Assembly (NCBI GenBank): GCA_963693365.1
Contig: CAVNZM010000015.1
Span: forward strand, 3,975,502-4,039,501
DNA from: Amoebidium appalachense
Lineage: Eukaryota > Protista > Ichthyosporea
DNA: 64,000 bases
Direction: 5' to 3'
The notes beneath the pieces are model-generated. The model saw only the letters and a list, made by a program, of their open reading frames with translations. It did no database searches and had not been told where the DNA came from. This document shows positions 1 through 13,876 of the stretch, piece after piece. Made by a program: the position numbers and the translations under genes. Within the stretch, counting starts at the first letter, position 1. The number at the start of each line of letters is the position of its first letter.

Positions 1-208
1 GTGTGTGTGTGTGTGTGTGTGTGTGTCTGTGTGTACACGTGTGTGCGCGTGCATGTGTGTAGCCATAGATGCGCCACTGCCTCACTGACTATGTGTATTC
101 TAGTATCTGTATTATGGTTCACCCCATGTGCTTGCAGATATAACCTCTTGCAGATATAATCCTCTTAACCTCTTACCTCTTAACCACACAACACAAATTA
201 CTACGTAC

Positions 209-920
209 CTTGTTGTGAGAACGGATCCGTTTCATGTCTGTCTGTGTTTGGACTCGAATGGTCGCCCCGTGCCTGCTTCTGTCTTTTTGTACCTTTTCTG
301 ACCCCTTCCGATGTTGTTTGCTGTTTCGTATTTGTTCTTGTTTTTCGCTCGAATTCAGCCGCGCCACGCGCGTCATGTTTTTTTTGATGTTCGTTATAAT
401 GGTTGTATGATTGTGGTTGTTCGTTGACGGTTAAACTTTGCTGATATTGTGTGTATGGTTGTGATGAGTGTTCATCGATAGTTTGGTGAAATTCTTGTGA
501 ATATGGTTCGTGTTGTGGATGCTCATGATTAGTGGTTTGATGGTATTGTGCGTATGATGGTGATGGTTCTTCTATTGTTTGATTATGATTGTGATACTGC
601 GTATGCGCATATGGTTGAGATGAATTATCTAATGTTTGATGCCTGTCGTCTTGTTGATATTGTATTTGCTGTGGTTGTTGTTGGTTGTAGTTGCTTGTTG
701 GCCCGGGTAATTCCGGTAATTCCGTAATCGGATTTCGTAAATAGTTGTCGTCTATGGAAGATTGAAATGAAGAGTTTGAGTTTGTATTTGGAATGGCGGG
801 TGATGATGCGAATGGGTCTATATGAAATGATCCTTTATGGGATGTGTTGGTTGTTGGAAATAGGGACGGGGCAGGGGTGATTTGAAGGTCTTGCTCTGTT
901 AGGAAGAAGTTGTCCAGCAT
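209..920 (-). CDS. Large exon of an unidentified Q/H/P/Y-rich protein; gene probably continues to the left
   Basis: About 237 codons of non-microsatellite open frame from ATG 920 (MLDNFFLTEQDL...), with imperfect YAQYHQT-like repeats and a basic stretch (RKGTKRQKQAR). It ends at a GTACGT donor at 208. No domain recognised. Confidence 0.5.
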
Positions 921-1848
921 ACTGGTGTTGCTGTATTTTTTTTATTGTTTTTTTTTTGGGGGGGGGAGGGCGGGGGGAGTTTGAATGCGTCAAAAAGTAC
1001 GAAGTACACAAGAACAAACGGATAACACGATGCAGAATGCAAGCCATACATAAAGAGTATGCATAATAAGCAGAGCCCATCCTCGGGGGGGGGGAGGGGG
1101 GGGGGGGGGGGGAGGGAACAGGGGAGGAGGGAGGGAAGGGGGGAAGGGGGCGGGGATGGGTGGGGGAAGGGGGGCTGTGTAAGCGTGTTTGTGTGTGTGT
1201 GTTTGTGTTTGTGTTTGTGTGTGTGTGTGTGTGTGCGTGCGTGTGTCCGGGAGAAGATATGTCAGTATCATACTGGTCGGTAAGACTACAGCACATAATA
1301 AACATGATCTGAGACCACCAAAACTATGATGAAATCTCAACTCCCATCCTTCTCCGGCAGTTCACCTGGTCGTTGTGGCACTTCTTTCAATCTTTGCCCT
1401 TACATTTACATTTGACCCCTTAAGCTCACAGAGTTTGTTAGTCTTTTTCTCCGACCCGTACCCCAAAGCTTACACACACCATCTCTATAAAGCTTCGCAT
1501 TTCCACCTTTCTGGCATTATATTCACAAAATTTAAAAATTTAAGGCTAAAAGCACTGTCCATAGGATCTCGAGCAGGGAAAAGGGTGGGAGGGGAGGGGA
1601 GGGGGGGGGGGGGGGGGGGGGAGGGGGGGGTGAAGGGGGGGGAGGGGGGGGGGGGGGGGGGGAGGGCTCTGGTTGTTGGTTGATGAGTGGGTTCGTGATT
1701 TGGTGGAAGTAGTGATGTTACAAGCCTAGACGGGAGGGCCAGGGTATGCGGGTGGATGGACAGAGACGGAAGTGGTGGTGGTGGTGTGTGTGTGCGCGTG
1801 TGCGTGCACACGTGTGTGTGCAAAGGTGTGTGCACACGTGTGTGTGTC

Positions 1849-1936
<88 letters not shown>

Positions 1937-1954
1937 TGTTTTTTTTTTTTGTGT

Positions 1955-1991
<37 letters not shown>

Positions 1992-4818
1992 TACGCACAA
2001 GTCGAAACCATCCATTCTCTAGGCATCATGGAACACCTGCCGACGCGGTGCTGATTTCCGAAATGAAGGCAGTCCCGATTCGTCAATTATTCAATGCGCC
2101 GGTCACCACCAGCACGGTCGTTTTGATTTCCAAGAAAATCCACCAAAACACGACGCCTTGACTTATGCGTCGTGGCGGTCAACACTGACGTTCCGACTTC
2201 CTCCATAACTTCGTATATATGTGCTGCATGCTGTCTTCGTCTCTTGGATGTGCCTACGCCCCCACCGCCACAGGTTAGTGTCTGCAGCGTACTGACCAAC
2301 ACTAATATTTGTCCATTAAATCTCAACCCAGCACTTCACTGGCAGAGCATAAGGAAATTCTAAATCACCTGAGGCTGGGATAGTATCAAATACAATGCTT
2401 TTTACAAAGTCGAATTTCTTATTCATCATGGCGAGGGCATACGTACTATTCTTGTGTTTGCATACCATGGCTAGTGAACTGGGTATCGATCTAATTAAGT
2501 ATACGGCCATGTGCATGGTGGCTGGTGTTAAAGTTATGTCTTTGATCGTGCGTGGCATGGCGCAATTGCAGCACACATGTACACATACAATACAACAAAC
2601 GTGGCACATTCATAGAAGGCGACTGCCAGCAGCAGGCAACAAACCACAGGTCTAGACTATAATGCCTTATGACCGCACTAAAATAGGACCGAATATACTG
2701 ATTCCCTTGATGATACACGATGGTGCCTTGGAGAGTCTGCCATGTGGCGTCCCAAATGCGCCCCATAGCTGGGTTCGCTGGGACAGAAATTTATTCCTAG
2801 ACAGCTACCCTACAACTGCACCCAGTTTGTCACTTTGAAAACCCATGAATTCCTTATCGAGACCTCAGTGAAAGTTAAATCCAAAGCTGTGTGACAAGCT
2901 GTACCACATACGCACAAGTAGAATCACCTTGAATAGAGCTTGTAGCAGGCAGCATTTTTTTGAGAAACACTTCAAAAGTACAACAACACGTACCTATGAA
3001 CGCACCTACGTACGAAGTCGTGCAAGCACTCAACTTGTGCATGCACATGCATGTACTCATACACACGCGAAAACCTAGCCACATGTAGTAACACCACCCA
3101 CACCACCCACACGTACAGCCTATAGACACACGTGCGCTCGCACACACTGTGTCATACACACGAACTTACGCATGTACACGCGCATTCACGGACGGCAGTC
3201 TCTCGTCACAGACAAAGTTCACGCACTCAACACAGACAGCTTGATCAAGCGCTTCATACACGCACACGCGCAGTGACTGAAGCGCACATGCAGACTGTAC
3301 AGGGACACACAGAGACACAGACACACACGCACACACACGCACGCACACACGCACACACGCACTCATGCACGCACGCACGCATCACACAGACAATTATTAA
3401 CTGAGGCTCACGACATGGTTATCGACCTTCCGCATTCAATGACAAGGCCTTCGAGTTTCCGATGAGACAAACATGATCCTATAGCTATGCATGCAGGAAC
3501 GAACAAATCACCAGTTATTCATGCTATCATGTTCAGCACAGGCTCAGACGAATACTCAAGCACTACGTACTGGGTACAGTCTACGGATTGTTGAATCATT
3601 GAAGAAACAAACCTTTCTTCTTGGCAATATGATGCCGGCTTCCTAAATACTTGCCATGCAGTAGGGAAACAGACTTCAACAGCCTACCTACCACGTGTGT
3701 CCATAGTTGTCAATACATCTGCATACATTTAGTTAGCATAGTTACCAAGGTAGTAGTCTCGCCTCAAAGCTCGTTGTCAAAACTGTGAACAAACATAAAG
3801 CCTTTTTATTTGAGGTTGTTTACCTTGTAGGGGATTTGAAGGGAGGGGCGTGTGCAGGTAATATCATGATGCTACGCGTAGGATCGATTGCGTGATCGTG
3901 TGCGGATCCGTGTGGCTCATGGATCGGTTTCTAGATCTATTTGTTATGAAGCCCCCCGAATTTGAGGTCTTTGATTTATGTGTTGTGCTCGTTGTGCTTT
4001 AGGCAAATAGATATCCACCATATAAATACCTTTTATGAAAATTGTTTACAGATTTTATTAAATATTAAAAAATGAAAAATGAAAAATTAATGGGTTAGCA
4101 TTTAAACAGTTTATAAATAGCTTGGTATGTAATTTTGAGTCTGGTGGGGGGAGCCCATCTAATAAAATTGCATTCGGTTGAATCCTATTGGGTCACAAAG
4201 CACCCACATATCTTAATATAGGTGTGGTATATAGAATGCGTGACCTATTACCAATCAAATAGCTTACGAATGTCGTCTCGTTCCAGCCGGACTCCGCGAG
4301 ACTTCGAAACAGAACTTCCGTCACGATCTATTCACACGCACACACGTGGTATCCGGCCTCCACGAAACCTACGGTGTATGATGGGCCAATGCAAAGAATT
4401 ATATTTATTGATAACTTATTCAATACTTCTATTTTCGATTACAGCATGAGCCCTAGTCTTCGAGCATATGTTGCACTTCATATGCATAGGGGCATTGGTG
4501 CAAGTGCACCAGCCCGGTTGAACGTACCTGGATATATGCACTGGCGGCATAATAATTTAGGGGTCAGTTATTGTGTCATTTTGAAGCGGCCCGTTTGGGC
4601 GTCCAATTTCCAAGTGAATATCCATGGGCCGACGGAAACACGTACGCATGGGCAAAACCCCCGGGACGGGGAGATGGCCATCCGAGGGGCCGGGGGGAAG
4701 CCGCAGCTGCAGGGGAATTCCTTATGTACGTAGCATGCATATGTGTGTCCATGACATTGTGACTATTATAAGTGTGTGTGTGTGTGTTTGTATATTGGGT
4801 GTGTGCGTGTGTGCGTGC

Positions 4819-4849
<31 letters not shown>

Positions 4850-5045
4850 GGGGGGGGATAAATCGCGAAGTTGAAGGCGTTTTGCCGCCGGCGCACCGGT
4901 GGCAACACATTCGGTACCAGTAGCCAAACATTACTACGGCAACGTTGATGGCAATATGAACTTAGCACGTCGAGGCTGCCACGTACCTGCAAGTTGCAAA
5001 TTTAAGTGGAGAGAGAGGACTCTTGAAGGGCGAGGGAGCGGGTGT

Positions 5046-5097
<52 letters not shown>

Positions 5098-5826
5098 TGA
5101 ATGTTGATCAAGGCTTCACAAAATTCAATGATATTTGACCTCACAGAGGAGATTTACCATGCCATAGAGTCCCCGCCCCCCCCCCCCCCCCCCCCCCCCA
5201 ACAACAACAACAACAAAAAAAAAAAAAAACCTTGGCGCAAGCTTGATAGTGTCACAGCAGTGCAGAGAGTGAGGGAGGAGCTCGAGCACTAGTACAAATG
5301 TCGTTTCGGATATTCAGCATTATGGGCCCCCAATTTTTTTTAAAAAAACAAGCCGAACACATACACAACGTGTCACCACATAGATACGCCGACGTGACAA
5401 ATGCATGTTAAGTGCCTCCACACGCACACGAATTTTCCCCAAGTTGATCATATAATATGGGACTTTTATGCAACTTGTAGTATGCACGTGCTATTGGCTA
5501 ACTCGTTGTCTTCTTCTGGCCTCCGAAGTATGCAGTATAATATACTCCCCTATCGGCTGAAATCGAAAAAATCCAGTCTTCGATTTTTTTAGCTCGAAGG
5601 CAGTTCCATGAGAGCTCCTTACGTGTAGTGAACAAAGTTGCTCCCCGACGGCAGGAATCGGAGAGTTGTGGCACACATGCATACACATGAACATACCGAA
5701 CCACACGTACACAAACACAAAAAGGGACACTCCACAACATAAATACAGGCAGAAAGAAACATGTGCACACTGTCAAACTCACACAGGCAACACACACACA
5801 CACACACGCACGCGTACACACTGGCG

Positions 5827-5893
<67 letters not shown>

Positions 5894-6926
5894 GCACACA
5901 CACACACACACACACAGACACACAAACACACAAACTTGTGCGCGCAAACACAAACGCAGGCACGTGTGCGCGCAAACACAAACACAGGCACGTGTGCACA
6001 CGCACGCTTTCACATACGCGAGTGCGCGCACGCTTGCGCGTGCGTGCGCACACACACTTTCACATGTGTGCGCCCGTGTGCATGCACACACTTCACACAA
6101 AAAGCTGAACACAACAGCTCATTTCATTCACTGAAGTTCGGCGTAGGGGAGCTGGCATCCACCGAGTCTGGTAGAGGTGAAAGTAAGGTGCTACACAAAA
6201 CTGCGGGGAAGAGGAGAGAGGTGGGAGGCGGGGCGGCGGGGAGGGGGGGGAGGGGAGGGAAGGCTCGAGAAGGGGGATGGGGGGAGGGAGGGGGGCAGCA
6301 GGAATGAAGGGTGTGAAGGAATAACTTTGTAGCACAAGCAACTGTGTAGATCATCGAGGCTCATACATGCATGCTCGTTTCTAAGGAAAACAACTTTAGA
6401 GTTTGTGATCATAGATGTAATCAAGATTTATTATTTTTCTTCGAATCCCTCCAGGCAAACATCATCATCATCTATATTCAGCCAATCTAATCAAATCTTA
6501 TTTTCTTTCCCGCATATATCACATACCTTCATCCTTAATTTACAATATCACAGCCGGTAGAGTCAACGCTCCATACCGCCAATCTTCAAACCTCACGTAC
6601 CATGTATATTGCACTACCCAATTTTGTTGCCGAATACAAACAGAGCTGTAAAAGGTGGTCTGTCCGCGCGCTCACTACAATAAGTTTTTTTAAACCCTTC
6701 CTGTTACATTCATGCTAATATTACCTGTGCCGAAATTTATACCCCCCCCCCCCCCCCCCTCCCCGGGCCGCCGCCGCACATTTCATTTTTAGCGTTACAG
6801 AGGTGTACGAGTCCAGTAACTGCCGTATCATAGCCCCGTTGGGGAAAGGTTCTAATAATGCAGGAATTCTGCACACCACAAAAACCGAGCTTTAGGCCTG
6901 CTATACCCATACACAAACCCTACACA

Positions 6927-8201
6927 TCATACCCACAAAAACCACTGATTCGGCGGCTTGTAGTCCGTAATAGTCTTGCATTTCCACTGGATGATTGGTG
7001 CGCCTTTGTGCTGGTGCGCTACATCCCAGCACAACCGCGTGTTATTGTTGTAAATCTGCCACCCGTACCAACCCGCCGGAATCCAACTTTTCCCGTAATC
7101 GTCGCAAGGCCACAGATGCAACGGAGCGGCGGGAGAGGAGCTATTAAACCCATCGTCATTATCAAAATCAATACCTGCACACAGTCCCTCGTGCGAGCGT
7201 AGTTGGTACGTGTATTTGTCGACGCAAAAATGCACCGCCTTTTCCGACTCGCAATCCCCTGTCACCAGCCACCGGTTTAACCCAGTCTGCACGACGCACT
7301 CCCTGTGGATCAAATTCTGCAGTTTTCTCCCCTTTTCCCTGCGCGACCTGGGCCATTCCGTGTAGTCGCACCACGGCGTGTTTGGGTCAAACTGCTCTGG
7401 AATAGTGAGCATAGGTGATTCGTATGCGCGGGCCAAAAGTTCGGTAGTGTTCACCATTGAAACAAACACGGTAATATTTGACACCCCCATCGTAGCGTTT
7501 TGTGGGTCATTTGGAACGGATACACTGACGTTCACCGTACCGACCGCCGGCGTGTATTCAAATGTACCATTGGTGATGTTTACGCCATCAGCAGGGACGA
7601 ATTCCATGACCGTAGGAACCCAAAGGGGCTGTGTAAACATTGACGGTGTCTGTGTGACGTTTGTTGTGTTTGTGTCCGCGGAATATTCGCGGCAAGGGAC
7701 AGGCAGAGGCATTCCTGCTATCTTTGCAACGTATTCAAACATATTCTTGGCCATGTTCACAGAGTCGAACCAACCTCCCCGCTCCACCCGCCGATCGGCC
7801 ATGGGTAAGGCTACACACGGGGGAAGTGCTTGTGCGTCAACCTCCGTCATGTTCACTGTATTGTTGTTAGGTTGCACCATGCGAAGCCGCAAAGCACCGA
7901 CAATACCTCCCAAAGATGTTCCTTGCTCCCCAAACGAAGTATGGGGGTCTTCCACCTCAAATGCGCTGATAACGAGCGTGCCAGACTCCATAAGCCGAGA
8001 GGAAAAATCGAGTGCACATATGAAAGTGCCGACGGCAACAATCATCAGCGAAATTCGTAGCCATGTTCGTCCCTGGCAAAATTTTGTGTCCTCTGACTCC
8101 CCTTGTGAGGGTTGCGGGAATCCGATGTGTGCGAATGCTTCATCGCGCTCTGTGTTTGCTTCACAACACGTGTCCGTGACGACAAATTGAGGGGCTACCA
8201 T
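6927..8201 (-). CDS. Intronless type II membrane protein with C-type-lectin-like and ricin-B (QxW) lectin-like C-terminal motifs
   Basis: 424-aa ORF with one hydrophobic segment (ISLMIVAVGTFICAL, ~aa 49-63) and many N-x-S/T sequons. ECVVQTGLNRWLVTGDCESEKAVHFCV resembles the C-type lectin C-terminal cysteine pattern. LCWDV...GAPIIQWKC...NQWF matches the ricin-type beta-trefoil repeat. Confidence 0.75.
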   Translation of the reverse strand: MVAPQFVVTDTCCEANTERDEAFAHIGFPQPSQGESEDTKFCQGRTWLRISLMIVAVGTFICALDFSSRLMESGTLVISAFEVEDPHTSFGEQGTSLGGIVGALRLRMVQPNNNTVNMTEVDAQALPPCVALPMADRRVERGGWFDSVNMAKNMFEYVAKIAGMPLPVPCREYSADTNTTNVTQTPSMFTQPLWVPTVMEFVPADGVNITNGTFEYTPAVGTVNVSVSVPNDPQNATMGVSNITVFVSMVNTTELLARAYESPMLTIPEQFDPNTPWCDYTEWPRSRREKGRKLQNLIHRECVVQTGLNRWLVTGDCESEKAVHFCVDKYTYQLRSHEGLCAGIDFDNDDGFNSSSPAAPLHLWPCDDYGKSWIPAGWYGWQIYNNNTRLCWDVAHQHKGAPIIQWKCKTITDYKPPNQWFLWV

Positions 8202-10140
8202 TTTATGTATATCAGCTTCCTAGCTCATTAACACCGCTCGTATTTTCTTTTTTTTTTCAGTTCCAGGTGTTCGTGGGCCTATATAATGGCCTGTGTCTGC
8301 ATTCAATAACTCGTTTCAGTATTTATGCAAAACCTGTCCCATGTATTGCTTTGTATTCTTGTAAATATGTATTGCCAGTGTGTGTAATCCAGTCGAATAT
8401 AACTACACAGTACAGAATATAATAGCACGACCCTGCAGGCCGTGTTTCGAGACTAATTAGCTCCCTTGCTGACACAGAGTAGGAACTGACGCGCATAGGG
8501 TTTGTTGTCACCTTTTTATGAGTCCATCCCTTGGATGTTCGAAGGCAGCGATGATTGGGCTTCAGCGCTCTCCAATTAGATGCTGCATACATTACCGGCC
8601 TACTACTGTGCATACTACATTCGCTCCGTTTGTCGGAATCTGTGCCTAAAGAATATGTACGAATATTTAAAGAGAAAAGCTGGTTTTACCTTATATTTCA
8701 TTTTTTCCAACAATTAAGGCCACAAATAGGTTGCTTACAAGTCTTTAAAGAACGTAAAAAGGGGGATAAGGCTTCTCTCGAGGGAAATGTTCGTTTGTTT
8801 AGACCGCACCATATATGGTCATGAATAAACAAGACCGTTAAAAAAAACCCAATTAGAACGCTCCTTGGCACATTCTCACAAAATATGTTCTCCAATCAAA
8901 TCAGCCGACATTTAAGACTAAATATGGTCCATTTCAAACTGCTTTCATTGGCTTCTTTTTGAAAGGAATTTTGTTTCGGTTCACATTTCAAACCCCAGAG
9001 GCACACGTGTTGACGCTCATGAGTTCAGTGTTCACATAGTGAGCGACCCTGGCATGCTGGCCGGCATAACTCATGTTCCTATTTCTAATTAGCGAAAAGA
9101 AAAATCCGTGGCGTTTTTAGGATGGGGAGGAATTATCACCACTTGAGAGGTGGAGGTTTTATGATGCATGAACCTTCCTGGTCCAACCGGGTCTGATCAG
9201 GGAATCTGACAGGGATCGAACAAATGCCTCGGGCTGCTACATGATTGACCCGGTGCCAAGGCCTCTGTTAGTATATAGGAGGCCTTGCCAGGTGCTCTAT
9301 CATCGAGAGATGCGAACCTATCTTTTTCTTTTTTGTTTTTATTATATTTTTTAAAAAAAAAGGGGGAGGGGGGGGGGGGGGGGGGGGGGGGGGGAGCGAT
9401 TTACAGCTTCTCTGCTGCGATAATAATTCAATGTAATTTGCTTCTCCATTTTTTCCCATGGCGCTTGAACTCGTGGAACGAAACATACCACAACACATGC
9501 CAAGAAACATAAGAAGGGAATTTGAGACCCCGAAAGAAATGCTACCACAAATGGTTGTATGTCGTTTGTTTTGATTGGTTTTCAGAAAAATGGCGGGAAA
9601 CAGGAGGGTCGAGCAAGGACATGCAAGTTTTCTTTTGCAAGTTCAACTTTGAGCCCCCAACTTCAAGTTCCGGGCCAGGTTGAACACCCGAGCGGGTGCT
9701 CTGTGCGTGTGTTTTATTTGTGGCTATACCTTCGTGTGTGATAGAGCTATTATTTAGACCTTATATAATTGCATGGTTAACTTTTAGCCAGTGTCATACG
9801 TGTTAGCGCACGCGTACACGGCCGTGCACACTTACCACAAAGTGCCCAGCCTGCGACTCGGCAACCTTGTTCACTGTTCGTAAACTCAATCGGGGTTTTC
9901 AAGTCCACGGAAAAGGCTGAGTAGATTTCCACGGCTTTTATGTATGAGACAACGCTGCTGTCAAAACGAAACCTTACCCTTTGTTATAGCAACAGCATAC
10001 ACACACACAAGCCCCCACAGTAGGGTTTGAATCCATTCGGAAGACATAAGCACGGGTCTTTTCCCAAAAAACTGCATGAGCAAGCATAACTATTCAAAAT
10101 ACTGCCCGTCTGCATTTCCGTTTCACTCATTTTCTCAACA

Positions 10141-10437
10141 ATGAGCTCTGACTGGCAGCGTGCGGAGCTCAACCTCGTTTGCCTCCTACAGGTATGAATT
10201 CCCTTCCATTCTCACCCATCCCCACTCAATCCCTCGCCTCAGCCTCTCCCTTCTCTCCCTCTAACTCCCTCCCCCCTTCCTTCCTCCCTCCCTCACTCTC
10301 TTTCTTTGTCTCTCTCTCTCTCTCTTTCTCTCCCTCCCTCCCTCCCCCCCTCCCTCCCTCTCTCTCTTCCTCCCTCTCTCCTTCCCTCCCTCCCTCCTAG
10401 CCACCCCCATTTCCCTCCCTCCTCCTTCCCTCCCCCC

Positions 10438-10468
<31 letters not shown>

Positions 10469-10851
10469 CGCCCCCGCCCCCTTCTCCTATCCCTTTCCCC
10501 TCCCTGTCCCACCCCCCTCGCCAAAACTTCAAACACACCACACAGATGTGTGCACGCACAAGGTCGGTCAGAATGCCATATTCCACACAGACCTACGAGA
10601 ACAACCGCAGGCACGTGCGGACGGTCACACACCTACGCACGGACACTTCACACTTATAGAGAGAAAGAGGGAGAGAGAGGGGGGGGGGGGGGGGGGGGAG
10701 AGAGAGACAGAGAGGGAGAGAGGGAGAGAGGGAGAGGGAGGGGGAGGGGGAGGGGGAGAGGGTGGGGGCGGGAAGAGAGGGAGAGAGAGAGGAGAGGGGT
10801 GGGGGGAGAGAGAGGGGGAGAGAGAGAAGAGAGAGAGAGAGGAGGAGGGAG

Positions 10852-10883
<32 letters not shown>

Positions 10884-10943
10884 AACACACATATACACAC
10901 AAGACTCCTACACATGCACACGTTTGCCACACATACACGCGCG

Positions 10944-10974
<31 letters not shown>

Positions 10975-11149
10975 ACACACGCGCAAAGGTACACAGACAG
11001 GCTCACTTACTCTTTTCACTCATACACCATACACACACACGCACCCCCCAATCCCCGCGCCCACCCACCCCCTTCCCCCCCCCCCGCACACACACCGTAT
11101 TATGCATTTACTTCACACACACACCACACACACACACACATACACACAT

Positions 11150-11189
<40 letters not shown>

Positions 11190-11561
11190 ATCAATACTCA
11201 AATGCACACAGAGCATGATAGGTATGCGGACTACGGTTGAACTCAGGAATGAAGCCGAAGCTTTTGGAACCATCACTTTTGTGGACTATGCAATGAAGTA
11301 AGTTCCATCTCCCTTGGTCATCCTTCCTCCCCCCCCCCCCTCCCCCCCAACACACACACACACACACACCCCAACACATAAGCACAGACACACACCCTCC
11401 CTCCTTCCCCCCCCCCCCGCCCCAACCACCACCACCACCGCTGCCGCCACACACAATCACCTTTTCCTGCTTATTGATGCCGGTTTTTGATTTGGTGTTC
11501 TTAGGGATCGAGCAGTATGCTTTCCCTTTGGGGTGATGGATCCCTCCCCCCTCCCCCCCCC

Positions 11562-11596
<35 letters not shown>

Positions 11597-12308
11597 TGAT
11601 GTTTATGCATCTCCCCCCCCCCGCCCCCCCCTCCCTGCATCGCCTCGTGACTAGCTTATGTTCTTGTTCCGGACTGGTGTAAGAGTATGTCTCATGTAAC
11701 TCTATCTAATGTGTCTGGCATCTTCTGTTTGTCTGTGCCGTGTTAAGCTGCAGTACTTTTATTTTTGGTTTTTTTGTGCCAGGAGGGTGGTCGTGTGACG
11801 TGACGGGGAAAGTTATAGGGAAGGAGACCGGTAAAGGAGGGAATGGGAGCATGGGAGCAACGGGGGAAGGGGGGAAAGGGGGGGGGGGGGGGGGGGGGAG
11901 AAGGGGGGGGCACTGAGTAGAGATGGGTAGGAGGGAGGGAATGGGGCGGTGGAGTAGGGTTGAATGGGGAGAGGGGGGGGGGAGGGGGGGGGGGGGGGGG
12001 GAGGGGGGAGGGGGGGGGAGGGGGGGAGAAGGGGGAGCAAAGATGCGATGGGTAAGACTCGACTAAGTGGAGTGTTGTTTGTTTGCAGCACAACTATGGA
12101 AGATGTAGAATATACAAAAACGAATGTAGGTGCCCCCCCCCCCCCCCCCCCCCTCCCCCCCCCCCCTCCTCCTCCTCCTCCCCCCTCCACCCCCCCTCCC
12201 CCCTCTCCCACTTCCCCTCACTTCCCTCCTTCTCTCGTGCGCCCACTCCCCGTTCTACCCCCCCCCCCCCCCCTCTCTCTCTCTCTCTCCCTCTCGCCCC
12301 CCCCCCTC

Positions 12309-12339
<31 letters not shown>

Positions 12340-13360
12340 ACTCTCTCTCTCCCTCCCCGCCCTCTCTTTCCCCTCCACCCCCCCCCCCCCCCCCCCCTTT
12401 CCCCACACCCCTTCTCCCCCATTCTCTTTATGCAGGATCTAGTGGATATCGGTACACAGTTACAGAGGACAAAAGTATTGAATTTTTTGATGCCACCTCA
12501 ACTATCCCATTGTTGCTGTATAATTTCTTATTGTCTTCAGATGTATTTGCGCCCATGCTTGTCATCCTCTCATGTGCATACATTCTCCCCCCCACCCCCA
12601 CCCCTCCCCCCCCCACCCCTCCCCCCTCCCCCGTATGCATACCCTTTGTGCGTGCCTTGCAAAATCTGCCTTGTGTTGTCAGTCGTTAACTTTGTACTTC
12701 GTGCTCAGTAAGGCATTCTATCAAGCAGCCCCCCCCCCCCCCCCCCCCCCCCCCCCGCCGCCGCCGCCGCCGCCGCCCAGCGGTTCTGATTAAAAGATGG
12801 GTTGGTCGGGAGTTTCGGAGTTGGGGCTATTCTTTTGTAGATGCATGTGAGCAGCTATGATTGTAGTTCGATCCAAATGTAGGCCCAGCCAACTTTCGTT
12901 TTTGTGCTTGTTTTGCTTTTTTCGTTTTTTTCCTGTCTAGTGTTGTTCATGTTCACTTAGTTTGTTTTGTGTTTGATGCTGTTTATGCTCGCTGCTTTCT
13001 TTTTTTGTTTTTTAGTACTTACGTGCATTTTTGCCCTCCACCCCCCTCCCCCCCCTCCTTTTCCACAACCCCCCTCCTCCCCCCCCCTCCCCCCCCCCCC
13101 CCCCCCCCCCCCCCGCCCAATTTCCATCCCCACCACTGCCATAACTGTGCAATGTAAGCACCCTCATCCACAATCCCGCCACTGTGATGTTGAATCATTT
13201 ACTTTCTTTTCTTTTCTTTTCTTTTCTTCTTTCTTTTTTTTAACCATCAGCCCTCACCCCCCCCCCCCCCCCCCCTCTTCCCCCACCGCCACCACCCCCC
13301 AACCCCTCCTCCTCTTCCTTTTCCTCCTCCTCCTCCCCCTCCTCCCCCCCCCCTCCCCCT

Positions 13361-13394
<34 letters not shown>

Positions 13395-13583
13395 CTCTTT
13401 TCTCTGCTCGTTTTGCTCGAGGCTCTCGTGCAGACACCACAATGTGGTACACCAATTTACTCATGCTCTCCTCCCTCCTCCTCCTCCTCCTCCCCCCCTC
13501 CCTCCGCCACCTCACCCCCTCCCACTGCCCCCTCCTCCCCCACAGCACACACACACACACACGTGCACAGACACACAAACACA

Positions 13584-13641
<58 letters not shown>

Positions 13642-13649
13642 CTCACTCA

Positions 13650-13684
<35 letters not shown>

Positions 13685-13842
13685 GTACACACGTACACAC
13701 GTACACACATACACACAAACACACGTACACAGGGGGTTACAGAGCACCTGCCCCAGATGTACGTGAATGGGCGCAACATCCGCTATGTCGTTATTCCCCC
13801 CAGCCAGGATGCAATGGCTCTCATTCATCAGCACGTACGTAG

Positions 13843-13876
<34 letters not shown>

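Noticed and set aside
7378-8190. 270-aa plus-strand ORF (also 23672-24316 and 27644-28093)
   Set aside because: Antisense shadows of better-supported genes on the opposite strand.
9058-9085. tRNA-like start GGCCGGCATAACTCA
   Set aside because: No cloverleaf or T-arm (GTTCRA) at the proper spacing follows.
13393-13410. GGCTCTTTTC resembling the histone stem-loop inside the Lsm10 gene
   Set aside because: The complementary AGAGCC arm is missing. No U7-type Sm site (AATTTGTCTAG) was noticed in the window either.
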